Shown: positions 20,630 to 43,500 of the stretch, one piece after another
Numbering within the stretch: the first letter of the stretch is position 1
Layout of the letters: each line of letters begins with the position of its first letter
Source: Zygnema circumcarinatum SAG 698-1b
Taxonomy: Eukaryota > Plantae > Zygnematophyceae
Assembly: GCA_037447605.1 (NCBI GenBank)
Contig: CM074813.1
Span: forward strand, 1,860,001-1,924,000
Direction: 5' to 3'
DNA length: 64,000 bases
Program-made: the position numbers and the translations under genes
Notes under the pieces: model-generated
Seen by the model: only the letters and a program-made list of their open reading frames with translations
Databases searched by the model: none
What the model was told of the DNA's origin: nothing

Positions 20630-23245
20630 ATGGCAAGCAATGGAGGTCTCGATGGATGGAGTGGAGGAAGAGAGAGAGGAATTAAGAGAGAGAGGGAGGA
20701 GGATGGTTCTGCCATGGCTGCTGTAGCGAAGCAGCGGTACGTGTCAAAGAGAGAGCGAGCTGCTGCTCAGAAAGCTGCAGAAGACTTGGCGATATCAGCA
20801 ACGGCTGATTTAGGTAGGGCTCCTTTTCTCTCCCTCGCCCCCACCCGTCTTTTCCCTCCTCGCCCGTCTCTCTCCCTCCCTTTATCTTCCTCCCTCTCCT
20901 CCCCCTATTCTCCTGCTCGATACTCCTGTCTTACCTCACCTCCATCCCCCTCCCTCCCGCTTCTCTACCTATTTTCTGCTGAGAAATTCCACATACGGCT
21001 GTACGAAAACCTGTGTACGAAAACCTGTATATGAAGTCAGACTCGTGAACATAATTTTCCACATTCTATGCTCGGCATTATCGCTTTTTCAAGGTTCGAA
21101 GTTGTTTTTTTCAAAGTTGTATGGTTTAGAGGGTATCTAAGTTCCTCCTTTTGGACATCCGAGGCTCTTGGTGTTTTGTGAGGCCGCAAACATGATAACA
21201 AGAGGGCTTTGAAGAACTCAAAGACTTTCTAGTTCCTGCAGATGCCGTCCAAATCCTGCAGAATGAAAGGCTCCCTCTTGCGGACGTTCCAGCCGCCATG
21301 GCCTCCCGCCTGCGCAGGGCGGAAGGGCGGGGCGGCGCCGGCCCTGACCGCCCCAAGCGGTTGGCATGGCAAGGGCGCGGCCACAGCAAGGGAGTCAACT
21401 GCGTTCAGTGGTCGCCAGGAACTGGTACTGCGGAACATGTTTGAAATGGAAGTTTGAATGATCACCCCCTCCCCCTCCCCCTCCCCCTTTCCCCTCCTCC
21501 CTCACCCCTCCCCACTCCCCCTCCCCCTCCCGCCTCCCCTCCCCTCCCCCTCCCCCTCCCCCTCCCCTTCCCCTCCCCCTCCCCCTCCCCTTCCCTCCCC
21601 TCCCCCTCCCCCTCCCCTCCCCCTCCCTCTTTCTCTCTCTCTCGGCGCCCACCCCCCCCCCACTGTCTTTTACGCACAGTCACTCTGTGACTCTGTCTCT
21701 CTGTCATTTGTACGCATGCTTCTCTTGTGAGTGACGACTAACTGGAGCAACCCTTTCTCTTTCAAATATTGGTTCTGCGAATTCATGCTCCCGTTTCGCG
21801 TTCTCCGACTCTTCGCCGTTCTCTCTTCCCACGCAGAATGGGAAGAGGGGGCGGAGGACGGTTTCAGGGGAAGGAGAGAGAGGAGCTGGGGGGGTGGAGG
21901 CGAGAGGGAAAGGGAAGAAAGCACAAAGAGAGAATCGCAAAAATTGAAGGCTCTCATCATGCCAAAGCTGCGTGTGGTGATCATGTAACCTTTAGGCTTA
22001 TCCTTTATTGCTTTCATGGGGCCATCGTGATGAAGATTGAGAAATAAAATCGGCCTTCTCCCATTATACTTCAACCAAAAACTGCCATGCTCTATCCTCC
22101 TCATATTCACTCAGGTCTTCAATAGTTGCCAAGCAGGTCACCTCTTTGCGACTGCGGGAATGGACCATTCAGCACTCATTTGGAGCCCCTGGAGTGAAAC
22201 CTTAAATCCGCTTCACCATGTTCAGAACATTCAAGTTCACTCTGGTGCAGTGTCGGAGCTTTCCTGGTCACAAGGTGGAACACAGATCCTTACCGGAAGC
22301 TTCGATTCCACTGTAAAGATTTCCGATGTCGAGACAAAAACTTCAGTCACTACACGTTCACATTCGTCTGCAGTAACTTGTGTGCGCTATCATCCCCGAG
22401 ATGTGAATCTAGTTGTAGTTGGGGAGGCAAAAGAGGGAAAAATTTGTGCGTGGGATACGAGGGACCCGCAAAAAGTTTTGTGGAATTTGCCACTCCCGAG
22501 TGGTCGAGTGCTGGATTTGGACTTCAGTCCGGATGGGTTCAAACTATTTTCATCTCTACACCCCGATAAGCGTGCAGCAATGGACCAAACGCTGGCAGTG
22601 TGGGAGCTTCGATCACAGAAGCAGCTCTCAAATCAGGTCCGTCTGTTTGTTGGCAGGAGGATGGAAGTTCGCTGAGGAGAACAGTGAAGGAGATGAGGGG
22701 AGTGAGAGTGCAAGAAGGAATGAAAAGGATAAGGTAGGGGACGAAGAAGGAGAAAGAAGAAAGACGAGGGGCAGGAAAGAGAGATCGAACTCATGCATGC
22801 CACTCATATTTAAAGCAGCCGCCAGCTTTTGTGGGTATCAGACCCTGAACTCGTCCTGGTGGGCATGCAGCTCTACTTGGAGGGCTACACTTGCCCGTGC
22901 ATCCGCCACCATCCCTCCCTCGACAACTTCATCGCCCAATCCCATGCCGGATACATCGCTCTTTTCAGCGCCCACCCGCCCTTCAAGCTGAACAAAAAGA
23001 AGCGGTACGAGGGTCACGAGGTGGGCGGCTTCCGAGTGCGCTGCTCCTTCAGCGGCGACGGGGCGCTCATCGCGACGGGCTCCGCCGACGGGCGGGCACT
23101 GCTCTACTCGGCCAGGACGGCGGCCGTTCTGGGGACCCTGGCCGGCGCCCACGTGGCAGTCTGCACAGACGCCACGTGGCATCCTGTGCTGCCCTCTACG
23201 GTAGCGACGTGCAGTTGGGACACAACTGTGGCCGTGTGGGAGTGA
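20630..23245 (+). CDS. WDR25: WD40-repeat protein, WDR25-like
   Basis: Exons 20630(?)-20813 (RYVSKRER), 21242-21424 (GHSKGVNCVQWSP), 22137-22636 (LFATAGMD, ILTGSFD, LDLDFSPDG, QLSNQ), 22871-23245 (YLEGYTCPCIRHHP, FKLNKKKRYEGHEVGGF, WHPVLPSTVATCSWD). The start codon is uncertain because an upstream exon is possible via the acceptor at 20628. Confidence 0.8.
21463..21640. repeat. C/T low-complexity tract (CCCCCT-type) in a WDR25 intron
   Basis: Near-pure pyrimidine run on the sense strand. Confidence 0.9.
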
Positions 23246-24636
23246 GGGCAATGCAGAGCTTGCTCGAGAAGGCTTACAATGTCGAGTAGTTGCCAGACGC
23301 ATGGAAGGGCGCGCGTGTGAAAGACGAGAGAGGGGGGGCAAGCAACAATGATGTGAAGCTTTCAAAACCTTCACTGTGAAAAATCATAAAAAATACTGAT
23401 ACAAATGTTCCTATGGTCAAGTTGAAGAGGTCGAACTTGTCTTTTTTGTTTCGTGTATTCAAATGTTTGGAATTGTATCGCAATTCATTGTACATTTACG
23501 CTGTGAATGATTGTCTACTGTCAGTGCAGTTCATCGAAAAGAAAGTTTATGAAGACATAGCAAGCTCAGACATGTCGCATGTCAAATTTGACCTTGGTTT
23601 GATGAAGTGTTTGTGAAGCTCACTTTGATGGGAAAGCTGTCCAAGTGCTCACTGTCTTCACCTGCGACCGCATACAAGGTCAATCCAAGGCATGTGTACC
23701 ACGGTGATGAACAAACAAACCTTTAAACTCACGTTGAAGTTATAACACAATCACAAAAAGGGCGAAACGTAGAGCAAGAAAATTGCATAAAGGGAAGTAA
23801 GTGAGATCAAATTACTCTGCACTGTTAGATTGAAGCCGCCAGGGCCAGCGGAGAGGCAGTACCGCAGGATGCAAATCTGAAGTCTACTTGCTGCCCGGGT
23901 CAAGCAGAGAGAAAACTGGACAGAGTAATTGCCGAGGCTAGTGACGCAAAATCCTTGTAAGCTTGCACTCGTGGCAGTCGGGAAGAGGCTTGTTGTGCCG
24001 TATCCTTGGTGCAGTAATTTCGATAATTACCACGGCATGTGCAGTTTTGTGAGCGTTCTTTGAGTTGAAGAGGGCGAGGTCAGCGTGCGTCAGGAAATGA
24101 AGCCCGAGCTCGTCAAAACTTGCGCGAGCGGCGCCCCCCTCCCCTCCCCTCTCACTCACGCTCCCCTCCCCTCCGGCGGACGCTTCAAACCGCCACGTGG
24201 CGCGCGTTGGTTGGAGTGATGCGGGTTGCACAAAACCATGGAACGCGACATCCGACGTGGCGCGTTGAACTGGCGCCGCATGGAACCGCCCTCTGCCTCC
24301 CTGCAGGGGAGGCGCCGCGGCCATGGCCCCTGCAGTGCAGGCTCGCTGAGAGAGGCGGGCGGGCGCGGGCAGGGCAGGGGACGGCAGGGCCTCAACCAGG
24401 CGGAAGCCGAGAGAGAGAGAGAGAGAGCGAGAGTGACAGGGAGGGTGGAAAGACGCGATACGCGAGACGTAGTGAGAGCCCCGAGCTGCCGGTTTGGCCA
24501 GCTGTCATCACTGAAACATCACCTCTATGCAGGCCATTTTAAGAGGTTTTTTGAGCATTGCTGAGGGATAATCTTGCGGGAAGAAGGCATTTTTCTGAAA
24601 CGTTCCTGAGAGGCGCAACTCCTGCGAGGAGCAGCC

Positions 24637-33223
<8,587 letters not shown>

Positions 33224-34594
33224 CAAGGGAGGAGGCAGGGTCAGTCTGGTCAAGCATTGCGCTGTTCGGGATGCTTTCAGCATCGGTCAAAAGGTCGGCT
33301 ACGAATGTAAAATCTCGAAGCTGCAGAGTAGTCTGATTGGTCAAGCGAAGAATTCTGTGTTAATATTGGGCTTTTCTTAGGGGAATGCTAGAAGGACTTG
33401 TCCAGGTAAACGTCACATTTGACCTGGTACTGTTACAACTGAACTGCCATTGTTACGACAATGCAATGTACAATAGCTTGTTGCAGCAGGTGATCGGATG
33501 AAAGCTGGATCAAGATTTACCCAGTTGTAGTTCATGAAATCTGTTCAGATAATTTAATGTTTTCTTTATTACTGTTTTCCGATGTATGCAATATTTGTTT
33601 TGTGCCCACACAGGATGGTCAAGTGGCAAGTGCTGGATCTGAGCACTTTCCGACAACAATTGAAAAGTAAAAGGTGGAAAAAAAAATTACAATTATATGT
33701 ACGGATGTTGGAAAAATAAATTGAGAGCCCAAAGAAAGCGTCGTTGATACCAAATGCGGCCCAAGCAAATCCTCCATATTGATTCATTGTTGACCTTCGA
33801 AGTTTTCAGTTAGCATTTGAACAGTTAGATATTACGTCGCTTAACCTTCGTGATGCCACTATCCAATGAGGGAGCAACACCTAGTGGACTTTAGGTATTG
33901 CCCTAAACGAACAAACGTTATTAAAAACTATCCAAATGTAGCAGTCATAGGGGTTTTCAACACTTTGTTTGGATTCTGAAAAAGATGAATACAGTAAGAA
34001 AAGTGGATTCTGTATCTATATCCGTACCGTGCTGTAAGACAACTTGTGTGGGAGCAGGGAAGAGATTGATTGCTCAGTTCAATTGGCATTTAGCTTGAAT
34101 TTGAGAGAACACGATGGACCTCAGTCTCATTGATTTGACTAGGTCAATCCAAAAAACTAAAATTAAGAAAACTGAAACGTGAACATTGCAGCCCAACCAG
34201 CCAAACTCAACAAGAAAAGCCAAGAAACTTTGAAGTTTCATCTCTCAATAATCATTTGTCTGGTTTTCCACAGTTCCACAAGTATACCACTACATTTTAC
34301 AAATTAAACTTAACTGCAAACATCGATCATAAATACTCTCCTCCTCTTGAGAGGTGCAAGAATCGGGCGATTGATTCTGGCGATTCTCCAGAACAGTGTC
34401 ACTGACCTTAGAAGACAAAATTAGGAGATTCACACGAGAAAGAACTTTAAGCACGGCTGTTGGTCCCCTCGCTGAAGTCAATCAGTCAGCCTTCCTCTCA
34501 CTTTCAGTCACCACAAAAATACTCAATTTCTAAAAAGAGAAAAATCGTTTAGGGCACTCTAATTTCCCTTCCCTTCCGTCCAGTGAAGTTGAGC

Positions 34595-37500
34595 CTATGC
34601 GGCATTCATGAAGATTTCGGTGCACTGTTTCCGCGTGTCTGCAGGGCTCGTCACTGCATTCCCACATCTCATCACACTGTTAGCAAAAGCTTCCTGTGCT
34701 TGCATCGACTTCACCTTTCCTCTCCACTCCTCTCCCCCTCTCCCCTATCCTCTCTCTCACTCCGTCCTTTCTCCTGTGCTATCAACTTCCTGCGTGCTTT
34801 ACTTCTATTCACTCCCCCCTCATCCCCCCTATACTTATCTCCCCGTCATTTTTTTAATCTCCACCTCCGATCTCCCTCACAATGTCACTTCCCTTTTTTT
34901 TCTGCTCCTCTGTCCCCCTACATAACCGAACTAAAAAGGACAGAGTGTCTTGCTCCCCCCGTCATACATAATTTGCAGTAGAGCGACGACAGTTTTCAAG
35001 AATGTCACGCTAAACACCAAGAGCGAGAGAGCCCCACATACCGGTATGTCCAATGGTTTTTTCAGACGTGAAAATCTCGTAGTCATTCCCACCCTGCACC
35101 AGCATAGGCCGACAATCTAAATATGAGGATGACGTCCTATTTTGTGGTATTAAAAAGATGATAGAGCTTCTGCTTTACGGTCTACACGGCCCAGAGAAGA
35201 GAATTGCCCTCGGTGCTTGCAGCCCACCTGGTAGGTCTTATCACCAAAAAAGTGGATAGTGGAGAACTCCTCCTCAACAAACTGCAGACAGTAGGTCTTG
35301 TCCCATCCAACGGGGAAGACCTGCGCTCACAACATTGCAGCTCTAAGTCAATCAGCACTTTGACGGCAGAAAGTGGGCAGTAGTGAAAAGCAAGAAAAAG
35401 ATACTGGGTAAGGTTGCGTTTGGGAGGGAGGAACGGGGGCGTTTACATCGAAGCTGATTTGTCCTCCAATGGAATACGTAAGGTTCAAATGCGCAAACTT
35501 CTCCTTCAGAGCCTCCACCATGGCCTTTCGGACATTGTGCACCTGTAAAAGGAAGACCAGAACCTAGTAAGGTCATGCCCTCCATAAGAAAGGAAAACGG
35601 GAAATGTGAATGTAGTAAGAGGTGGAATGAGGCAAGCAGGGGGGGATAAGGATGAAGGAGGGGGGAGGGAGGACAGGGAGGGAGAAGGAAGCTGGGAGGG
35701 GGGGTGCGGCCTTTCACCTTGTCATAACGCTCGAATTCATCTCGTTCCTCCTGACTGCAGTTCCTCCCAATCGGTGAAACGTTGATCATCCCCATTCGGA
35801 ATTCTATGAATGTGCCTCTGCCCAGGCCGAAGGTGTGCGGTCGTCAGGTTCCCTGCAGAAGTAATTGAAGTACCTAATAGATATAATACATCTACTATCT
35901 ACCTTTTCCAGTCTGATCTCGTCGCTGGCATACCTTTTAACAGGGATGTCCATGTCGGCAACATAGTGAAGCACGAAATTTATGAATTCCTGCATAGAGT
36001 AAAATTGGCAGAAATCCCATAGCACAGACACAATTAAATTACTTTGAGAAAAAAAATGATATATTCAAGTAAGAAATGTTTATATTAGCTGCATGCATAA
36101 ACATGGGGAGGGCCTTGCCTTGAGCTTGTCATCGCCCATGTATGTCTTCAAGCTCTGCATAACCCAGCATCCCCTCCCACGTCAGCAATCGAGTTCGGAG
36201 AGAGAGAGAGGAAAAAAAGAAACCCCAGGGAGAGTGGGGAAGGAGATAGAGAAATAAAGATGATCGGCAGGAGAGAAAGGCGAGTGGTGAAAAGCAATGG
36301 ATACCCCGATCTTTCGAGCGGAACTCAAATGCAGTCCTGCCTCACTGACCAGATCAACGAGCGACTCCGATTTCCATGATGACATAAACTTATTAGAGAC
36401 TCCAAGTTAACCAGTCCCTTTTGACTGGGGGACATAAATCTGCTCACACGTGAAAATTTTATAGGAAAACTCACAAAAAAATGGAGGGGGAAGAGTGTTC
36501 CTCCTACAAGAAGACATATAATGAGATAAATATGCTGGTTTCTACATAATTTTGGAAAGAGCAGGAACGACTGCATTGTAAAAAAATACTTTTAGAAATA
36601 AGGAGTGTTTTTTTACACCTCCAACCGGGCAAAAAACTCCATCTTCTATTGCTCTCTCTCACACACTCATTTCTCCCCATTTCTCTACCTTCTTCATTCC
36701 CTCTCTATCTCTCGCACACCCTCTCGCTCTCTTTGTCCGTCACACGACTCAAACAGTAGATTCAATCCAAAGGCCTCCTCACTAGTTCAAAGTACAGATC
36801 AGGACTTTTCAAGATGAACGAAATGTGAAAAAACATTAAAAAAAAACGAATCCAGGTAGATGAGAAGGACAAGCTCGAGAGAAAATTCGATTGGGAGAGC
36901 TAAGTGACGAGACAGGGGGGGCGGGGGGTATAGAGAACGAGAGAGAGAGAGAGAGAACGAGAGAGAGAGAGAGCGAGAGAGAGAGGTGGAGAAAGCGAGG
37001 TCAAAAAAGCAGCAGATCCAACAAGTCCCTCATCAGATCCCCCACTACGTGAGCTCAAGTCACCATGCTCGCATATCAGATCAAAATTCTTCCTCCCATT
37101 TCCCACCAGAGGCGGAAATCCACCTGATTCCCTATGAGCTCTCCATTCTTGTGAGCCACCAGCCCGTTTTCAGAAAAGACGTAGTCGTAGGAGGTTAGAG
37201 CTGCAGATCAACGGCACCAACCAGGGATTCACAGATCAAAATTCCGCACAGGATCAACCCGCGAATCGACTCTACCTAAAGGCTCTGCAGATATGAGCCG
37301 ACGAGACGGAGGCCCACGACTCCGTGAAGGAGACTTCAAGAAATGGAGGGAAAACAGAAAATAAGCTTCTGAAAGCATCAGCTTTTTCAATGTTTGAACC
37401 TTTGAAGCCTCTAGAGTTTTGGATTCCTCCGCATTCTGTAGCATTTGCTGTCTCGGAAGGCATCGGACCCTACTGTCTTTTCCGAGCTGCTCGGTGATTT

Positions 37501-37657
37501 TGACGAGATCTGAGCCACCAACAACTCCAACAGCAACTACGTTGCGTAGCTCCTTCATGAAGGCGAGCATCTCCGGCTCCACCTCCTTCCGTGCGGGAGT
37601 CAGAGTGCCGTCCACATCGAAGAGAGCAATTGTTCCAGGGATACGCGTAGTCGCCAT
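34595..37657 (-). CDS. PMM: Phosphomannomutase (HAD-superfamily PMM)
   Basis: 9 exons: 37657-37474 ([18 protein letters not shown]), 37200-37124 (YVFSENGL), 36154-36119, 35989-35934, 35817-35718 ([15 protein letters not shown]), 35542-35447 (SIGGQISFD), 35320-35228 ([19 protein letters not shown]), 35093-35042 (GGNDYEI), 34653-34595 (stop). Confidence 0.96.
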
Positions 37658-39034
37658 GGCGTGAGAGAGCGGCGACGACGAGATAATGAAGAAGGAAGGA
37701 GAGCACAGATAGATGGCGGGCAGGCGGGCAGGCGGGCAGGCAGTAGCAGCAGCAGCAGGAGAGGGAAATGTCCGCCTGCGAACTTCACGGCGCCATTTGT
37801 GTCCTACTGTTGGGCATCTCCCAATCAAAATGCGCCACGTGTAATTATTAACACGTGGGGGATTCCCATTGGATGTACTCGACTAAGAGGAGCTGGAAGT
37901 CGGCCGTACAGGGCGGATTCACAAGTGCGGGCGGTGACCCGTGGGATGCGAATCTGGGCGGGTGGGCGGGCGGGCGTTGACTGGCGGGCGCCAGGTGGAC
38001 CGCGGCGGGACGTGACGTGACGTGATGACGGGGATTGCAGGTGGCCGCATGCCATGGCATGGCATGACGCATGCGGTGGTATGTATGCTCATGAGGGCAT
38101 GAGTGCATATTTCCTATTTCGTATGATGTGGTCTTGGGAGGGCGTCAGGCGCACCAGCACCGGCCCTGTCACAAGAGCGGCGGCCAGGCGCGACGAGAGA
38201 AGACGAGAGTAGTCGCAGGCGAGGTCGTTTTTTCGCCAAGCCAGTTCGTAGCCCAGTCCCTTCCAGCCGGGCGGAGTCGCTAAGACTGACTTGACTAAGT
38301 CCGCCATGGCTCGCACATCTCGTCAGAATTCGAACTTTGACCGACTTCCTCTGCTTTGTGCGTGCAAGTCCCTCTTCGAGTCGGGCGGGACGTGACAGAG
38401 GACATTTTTTAGCTAGGCCATCTCTTAGCGAAGTCAAGTTACTGCCACCAATAGCGAAGAACTTGATGGCCATGTTATTCATCATTCCATGCTGCATCTC
38501 CTTGCATTTGTACGACATACTCACGTGTTAAAAACACGTACGGTATTACAAGAGAAGCAAACGCTACAGAACAAACAAACGAACAAACGTTGTTGACGCA
38601 GTAAAGTACAAAACTGGTTCTGTTTATTGCATCGCAAGTAATAATGCAAAAGCACGCTACTGGTTTTGTTTATCGCGTTGCAAGCAGTAACGCAAAGCCA
38701 TGTCAACGATCGGCGGCTGTATACTCAGTGGCGGACCTCAGTGGACTCAGCGACCCAAAGGCTGTCCTCAGAAGACAGATTTCGAAAATTCAACCTTTTT
38801 CTTATTTAAATCTCATGTATTGTATGCTGAAAGAGTGCTAAGCCCCCAGCGAAAGTCCCGGATCCCCCGCGTGTACTATTGGGCATCGGGTGACGCGACC
38901 ATCCTCAATGTTGCGGTGCGTGTCGAGTCGCCACTGGAAGATGACCTCCTAATGTTAGTTCGCAACGGAGACTGGAGAGCTTCGCTTCACTCCGCGTCGG
39001 GCCCTCGCCCCCTGGGCTGGCCAGCTCGACTCTC

Positions 39035-39413
<379 letters not shown>

Positions 39414-39625
39414 TTGCGCGTCGTGCTCGTCACCATCCCGAGGCCGCGATAGGCGTGGCGGCCGGTGGAACTACGGGCCGATGCGATGCGTGCCTCCCAA
39501 TTCCAGTCCCGTGGTCCCGTCCATGGCCATGGAACGCGCGCATGGGGCTTTCCATGCGGACGGGAGCTTCGCCGTACAGCGACATCGCGTACATCGCCGT
39601 ACATCAGGACTGTCCATGTAGTCGC

Positions 39626-40095
39626 TGTCTGTCTGTCTGTGCGGTGCCGCAGACGCTCCTCGCCTCGCCTCGACCTCGCCTCGCCTCGACTCGCCTCGCA
39701 GTCCCTGGTTTGTCTGTCTGCCTGCCTGCCTGCCTGTGCGGTGCCGCAGACGCTCCTCGCCTCGCCTCGCAGTTCCTGGTCTGTCTGTTTGTCTGTCTGC
39801 CTGCCTGTCTGTCTATCTATCTGTCTGTGCGGTGCCGCAGACGTTCCTCGCCTCGCCTCGACTCGCCTCGCAGTCCCTGGTCTGTCTTTCTGTCTGTCTG
39901 CCTGTCTGTGCGGTGCAGCAGACGCTCCTCGCCTCGACCTCGCAGTCCCTGGTCTGTCTGTCTGTCTGTCTGTCTGTCCGTGCGGTGCCGCAGACGCTCC
40001 TCGCGTCGCATCGACTCGCCTCGACTCACCTCGCAGTCCCTGGTCTGTCGGTCTGTCTGTCTGTCTGCCTGTCTGTCGGTCTGTCTGGTCGGACC
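39626..40095. repeat. Composite minisatellite: (GTCT)n + GTGCGGTGCCGCAGACGCTC + (CTCGC)n + AGTCCCTG, ~5.5 copies
   Basis: A constant core recurs five times, with variable-length tetramer and pentamer microsatellite arms between copies. Confidence 0.9.
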
Positions 40096-40554
40096 GAGTT
40101 TCCTTCCTGCTCGGTCGCTCGCTCGCTCGCGCACGCTTCGTTTGCCTGCTGCGCCTCCAAAAGTTTGAAAGCTGTCCGTCCGTCGGCAAAGGTGCGGGGA
40201 CAGGGCGCCAAGCAGTGGCAGCGTGGTGTGGGGGGTTGAGGGTTGGGGACTCTGCAGGCAGCAGCACTGGCAGCGGAGAAATGAGGGCCCGGAAATTCCC
40301 AGCTCTGAGTTAGAATGATACGTGGAAGGGAGGATGCTTCTGCAGGGCTTATGTCAGTAGGCTTGGCATTAAGTGGGTGATGGTGTGGGAAACGTGGATA
40401 TCTGAATTTCCCGAACAATTCCTTTGCTTGTTTTAGGGCTCTCGGGCTATTTCTTCATGCTTGAATCAAGCGTAGAGCATCCTGGCGGATTTCGTCGCTT
40501 TCGTTGCAGGGCCGGAGGTTTCAGTGGGAGCACTTGCACCCGTGTAGGGTCAGC

Positions 40555-43500
40555 ATGGTTACTTTTGCTTCTACTCTTGCAAGCCAAATCGGCTCTTTGA
40601 TTGCAAGTCTGAATCCTACAAATTCCAAAACTGTTGCAGCAGAGCTGAGCCAGGTTTTGCACCGAACCTCTCTAACCCTAGATTTGTCTAGTCATCATGT
40701 TTGCTCACCTGCTTGACATTTTATCCTAGAGCTGTATGCTGGTGACTAGTATTCTTGCTCCGCTGCCAGAATTTGCCCGATATCGAAAATAGTGTTGCGT
40801 TTTTAGCGATATTTCTCCCCAATCCTCAAGCTTTTTCAATCAGATTGTTTTTCTCCAGCTGTTTCCATGAAGCGTGTATTGCATCAACATTTCTGATGTC
40901 AACAGAATCGACGCCTGTTGATGTGCTGCAGCTAACAGAGCTGTACGGCTCCGATGGGAGCTTGATTCTTCTGCGAACGTTTTTGGAGCAAGTAGACGTG
41001 CGAGAAGGCAACACGCGCCATTCACAGCTGAAGTTGCAGCTTTTCACCTTAGCACTAGATAAACTCCTTGAGCTTCCCAATTTTGCCACTCTTCTTAATC
41101 ACAGTCTCCAGCATATCAAGTCTTCAGGCCACTTTGTGGCGGAATTACTGAAAGCACTTAAGCTGCCAACACCTCGCCGAGTCGCTCTAGCACTTGCGCT
41201 AACTGAGGCTGAAGACTCCTCTGTTCGTGAAGAAGGTACTGAGCCGACAGACACCTCCTTTCGCTGTTGGCTCGCTTTTTTCTCTCTGTTATCTGTCTCT
41301 CGTTTTCCTCCCCCTCCCCATGCACGCTTCTCGGCTGTGCCCTTTCCTGTTTGTTAACTCTCCCTCCCTCTGTTATTTCCCACTCTCACGCTCTGCTTTC
41401 CTTGTCTACCACTTTCCCTTCCACTCTCCCCCTCGGTTAGTACTTATAAAAGTTTCATGTTGAAGCCTTTCTTTCAGGTTGAATCACAACTTCAGAATAG
41501 AGTCCGATCACTGGTTCGCACAGTTCCTGCTGATAGGAGATGAAGTTTAAATAGCTGCAGGTGTCTGCAATATTGATTGTCTTCTGACAGAACCACTGAG
41601 GTGCTCTTCACGGTATGACAGGGGTCAGATTACTTGAAGCGGAGGTCGCTGAGCTTACTGAGAGTCTGGTGCAAGGTCTTCCGTTAAGCTTGCTGCAGCG
41701 ACTGCTTCTTTACTTGCGGAGCAGGGATTATGCAAAAGTAGACGTACCGGCGTGTTTGAAAGACTTATCGTACTTGCAGCACTTGAACAACGCCTCCCTT
41801 CCTACACTTGCTCCAGTTGTGCATGACGAAATTGTGGAGGTCAATTGTTTGAGGTGAGACGATTTTATTTTATAGTTTTGGGCGATGTGACAGTGGACTG
41901 TGAAGCTTTTTTAATGGTTAAGGTGTCAAGACATATGCTGCAGCATCATCGCAATCATTCTCGTTAGAACCCTAACTTCTTTCACTATGGTTTTTTTCTG
42001 CTCCTTTTTTCCGTTTCCTCAGAATTTTTGACAACGCATCCGCAACGTTTTTCGACATGTCAGCCATGGGACGTGAGCTTGTGTCAGGAACACATCCGGC
42101 GGATGTTATGGAGGAACTTGGATACGAATGCACGGCTAGTTTGCAGAATTGCATGGAAGTCTTTTCACAGTTTATCTCGCTGTCGGAGGAAGATGTTGCA
42201 TGCATCGTTGGAATGGTAGCTAGGACACATACTGCCCTTGAAGATGGACACGGCAGCCAAGGAACATTAAGTGCCGCACTGGGAAGCGGTCTTTCTGGGA
42301 CCACAAGTGACTCTGGCCCGCAGAGCCAGTGGAATGTTGAAATTCTCTTGAAAGTGATTCAGCAAGTGGTAAGTTAGTCTTGTGAATATGGTCACAGTTT
42401 TGTCGGGTTTCAAATTTTTTTTTTTTTTTGCTTTTGCACTCTCTTTAGCAACCACTATCAGCCTACAAATGTCACCTTTACGAACTCTACCGATACTACA
42501 GTGCAGACCTTCTGGTTCAACTATCAGGGAGAAAGTAGTTGAGGTGAACAGACGTCTTTGCGAAACGACTTTGTTTATATTCGTTCTGTTACTCTTGCTT
42601 ACGTGTTTGTTGGTTCTGTTTGAATAGGCACCTGTGACAAATTGGGCCAAGGTGGTGGAGCACCTAGACCACGAGAAGTTCGCGCTACCAGATCATAAAG
42701 CATTCACTATTTTGCTGTCGATCTATCACATGGCATCAAAGGTGCGCACTTTTGAAGCCTTTCTTTTACGTTGTAGAGTGGTGAGTAGGAGAACTTGGCT
42801 ATTCAGCCGATGGACCCTTACGAGTGACTGACTTGGTCGACTCTTCTGCTGCTGCTTGCAGGATCCCTTTCCACTTCAAGCAGTTTGTGGACGAATTTGG
42901 AACAACGTGGAAGGGCAACTTTCTTTTCTCCGATATGGAACTGCTGCTCCTCCTGAAGTTTTTACATTTGCGCATTCTTCTCGTACTCAGGTTAGCTCAG
43001 TGTATTTTAACTCCCATCAGGTGAATGTCCCTAGGTTTTGTTTTTTAGGCACCTTCCTCCTACGGGCGCTTATCAGTGCCATTTAAGGATTTTCTGATTG
43101 ATTGTGCTTGCTTGCTGAGTGCAGCCGCCAGTTGACGGACTCCACGGGCATAAGTCCCCTTTGGGAACGCCAAATCAAGCCTGGCTATCATTGGATTTGC
43201 TGGAAATTCTGTGTCGTCTGGCCGAAGCAGGACACGTCGCTGCAGTGCGTTCGATATTGGATTATCCTCTCAAGCATTGTCCTGAAGTCCTCTTACTGGG
43301 CCTAGCACAAGTGAAGGTGAAAATTTCTACTTACGATTTGTAGATAGTTTAATTCTCTTGGTGGCACATTGCGCAAATCTGTGTGGGCTATAGGTTGTTT
43401 CTTATAATATTTTAGGTTTCCTTAGGATTCTCAAGCTTGACAGAGTTTTTTTTTAGCACCTTTCCATGCATACGTGCTTCCATTTTTCATCTGCTGAATG

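Noticed and set aside
33569-34481. Short minus-strand ORFs between F2KP and PMM
   Set aside because: No recognisable homology or exon chain; probably 3' UTR or intergenic sequence.
38727-38932. hAT-like CAGTGGCG...CGCCACTG pair
   Set aside because: Only 8 bp match and there is no target-site duplication.
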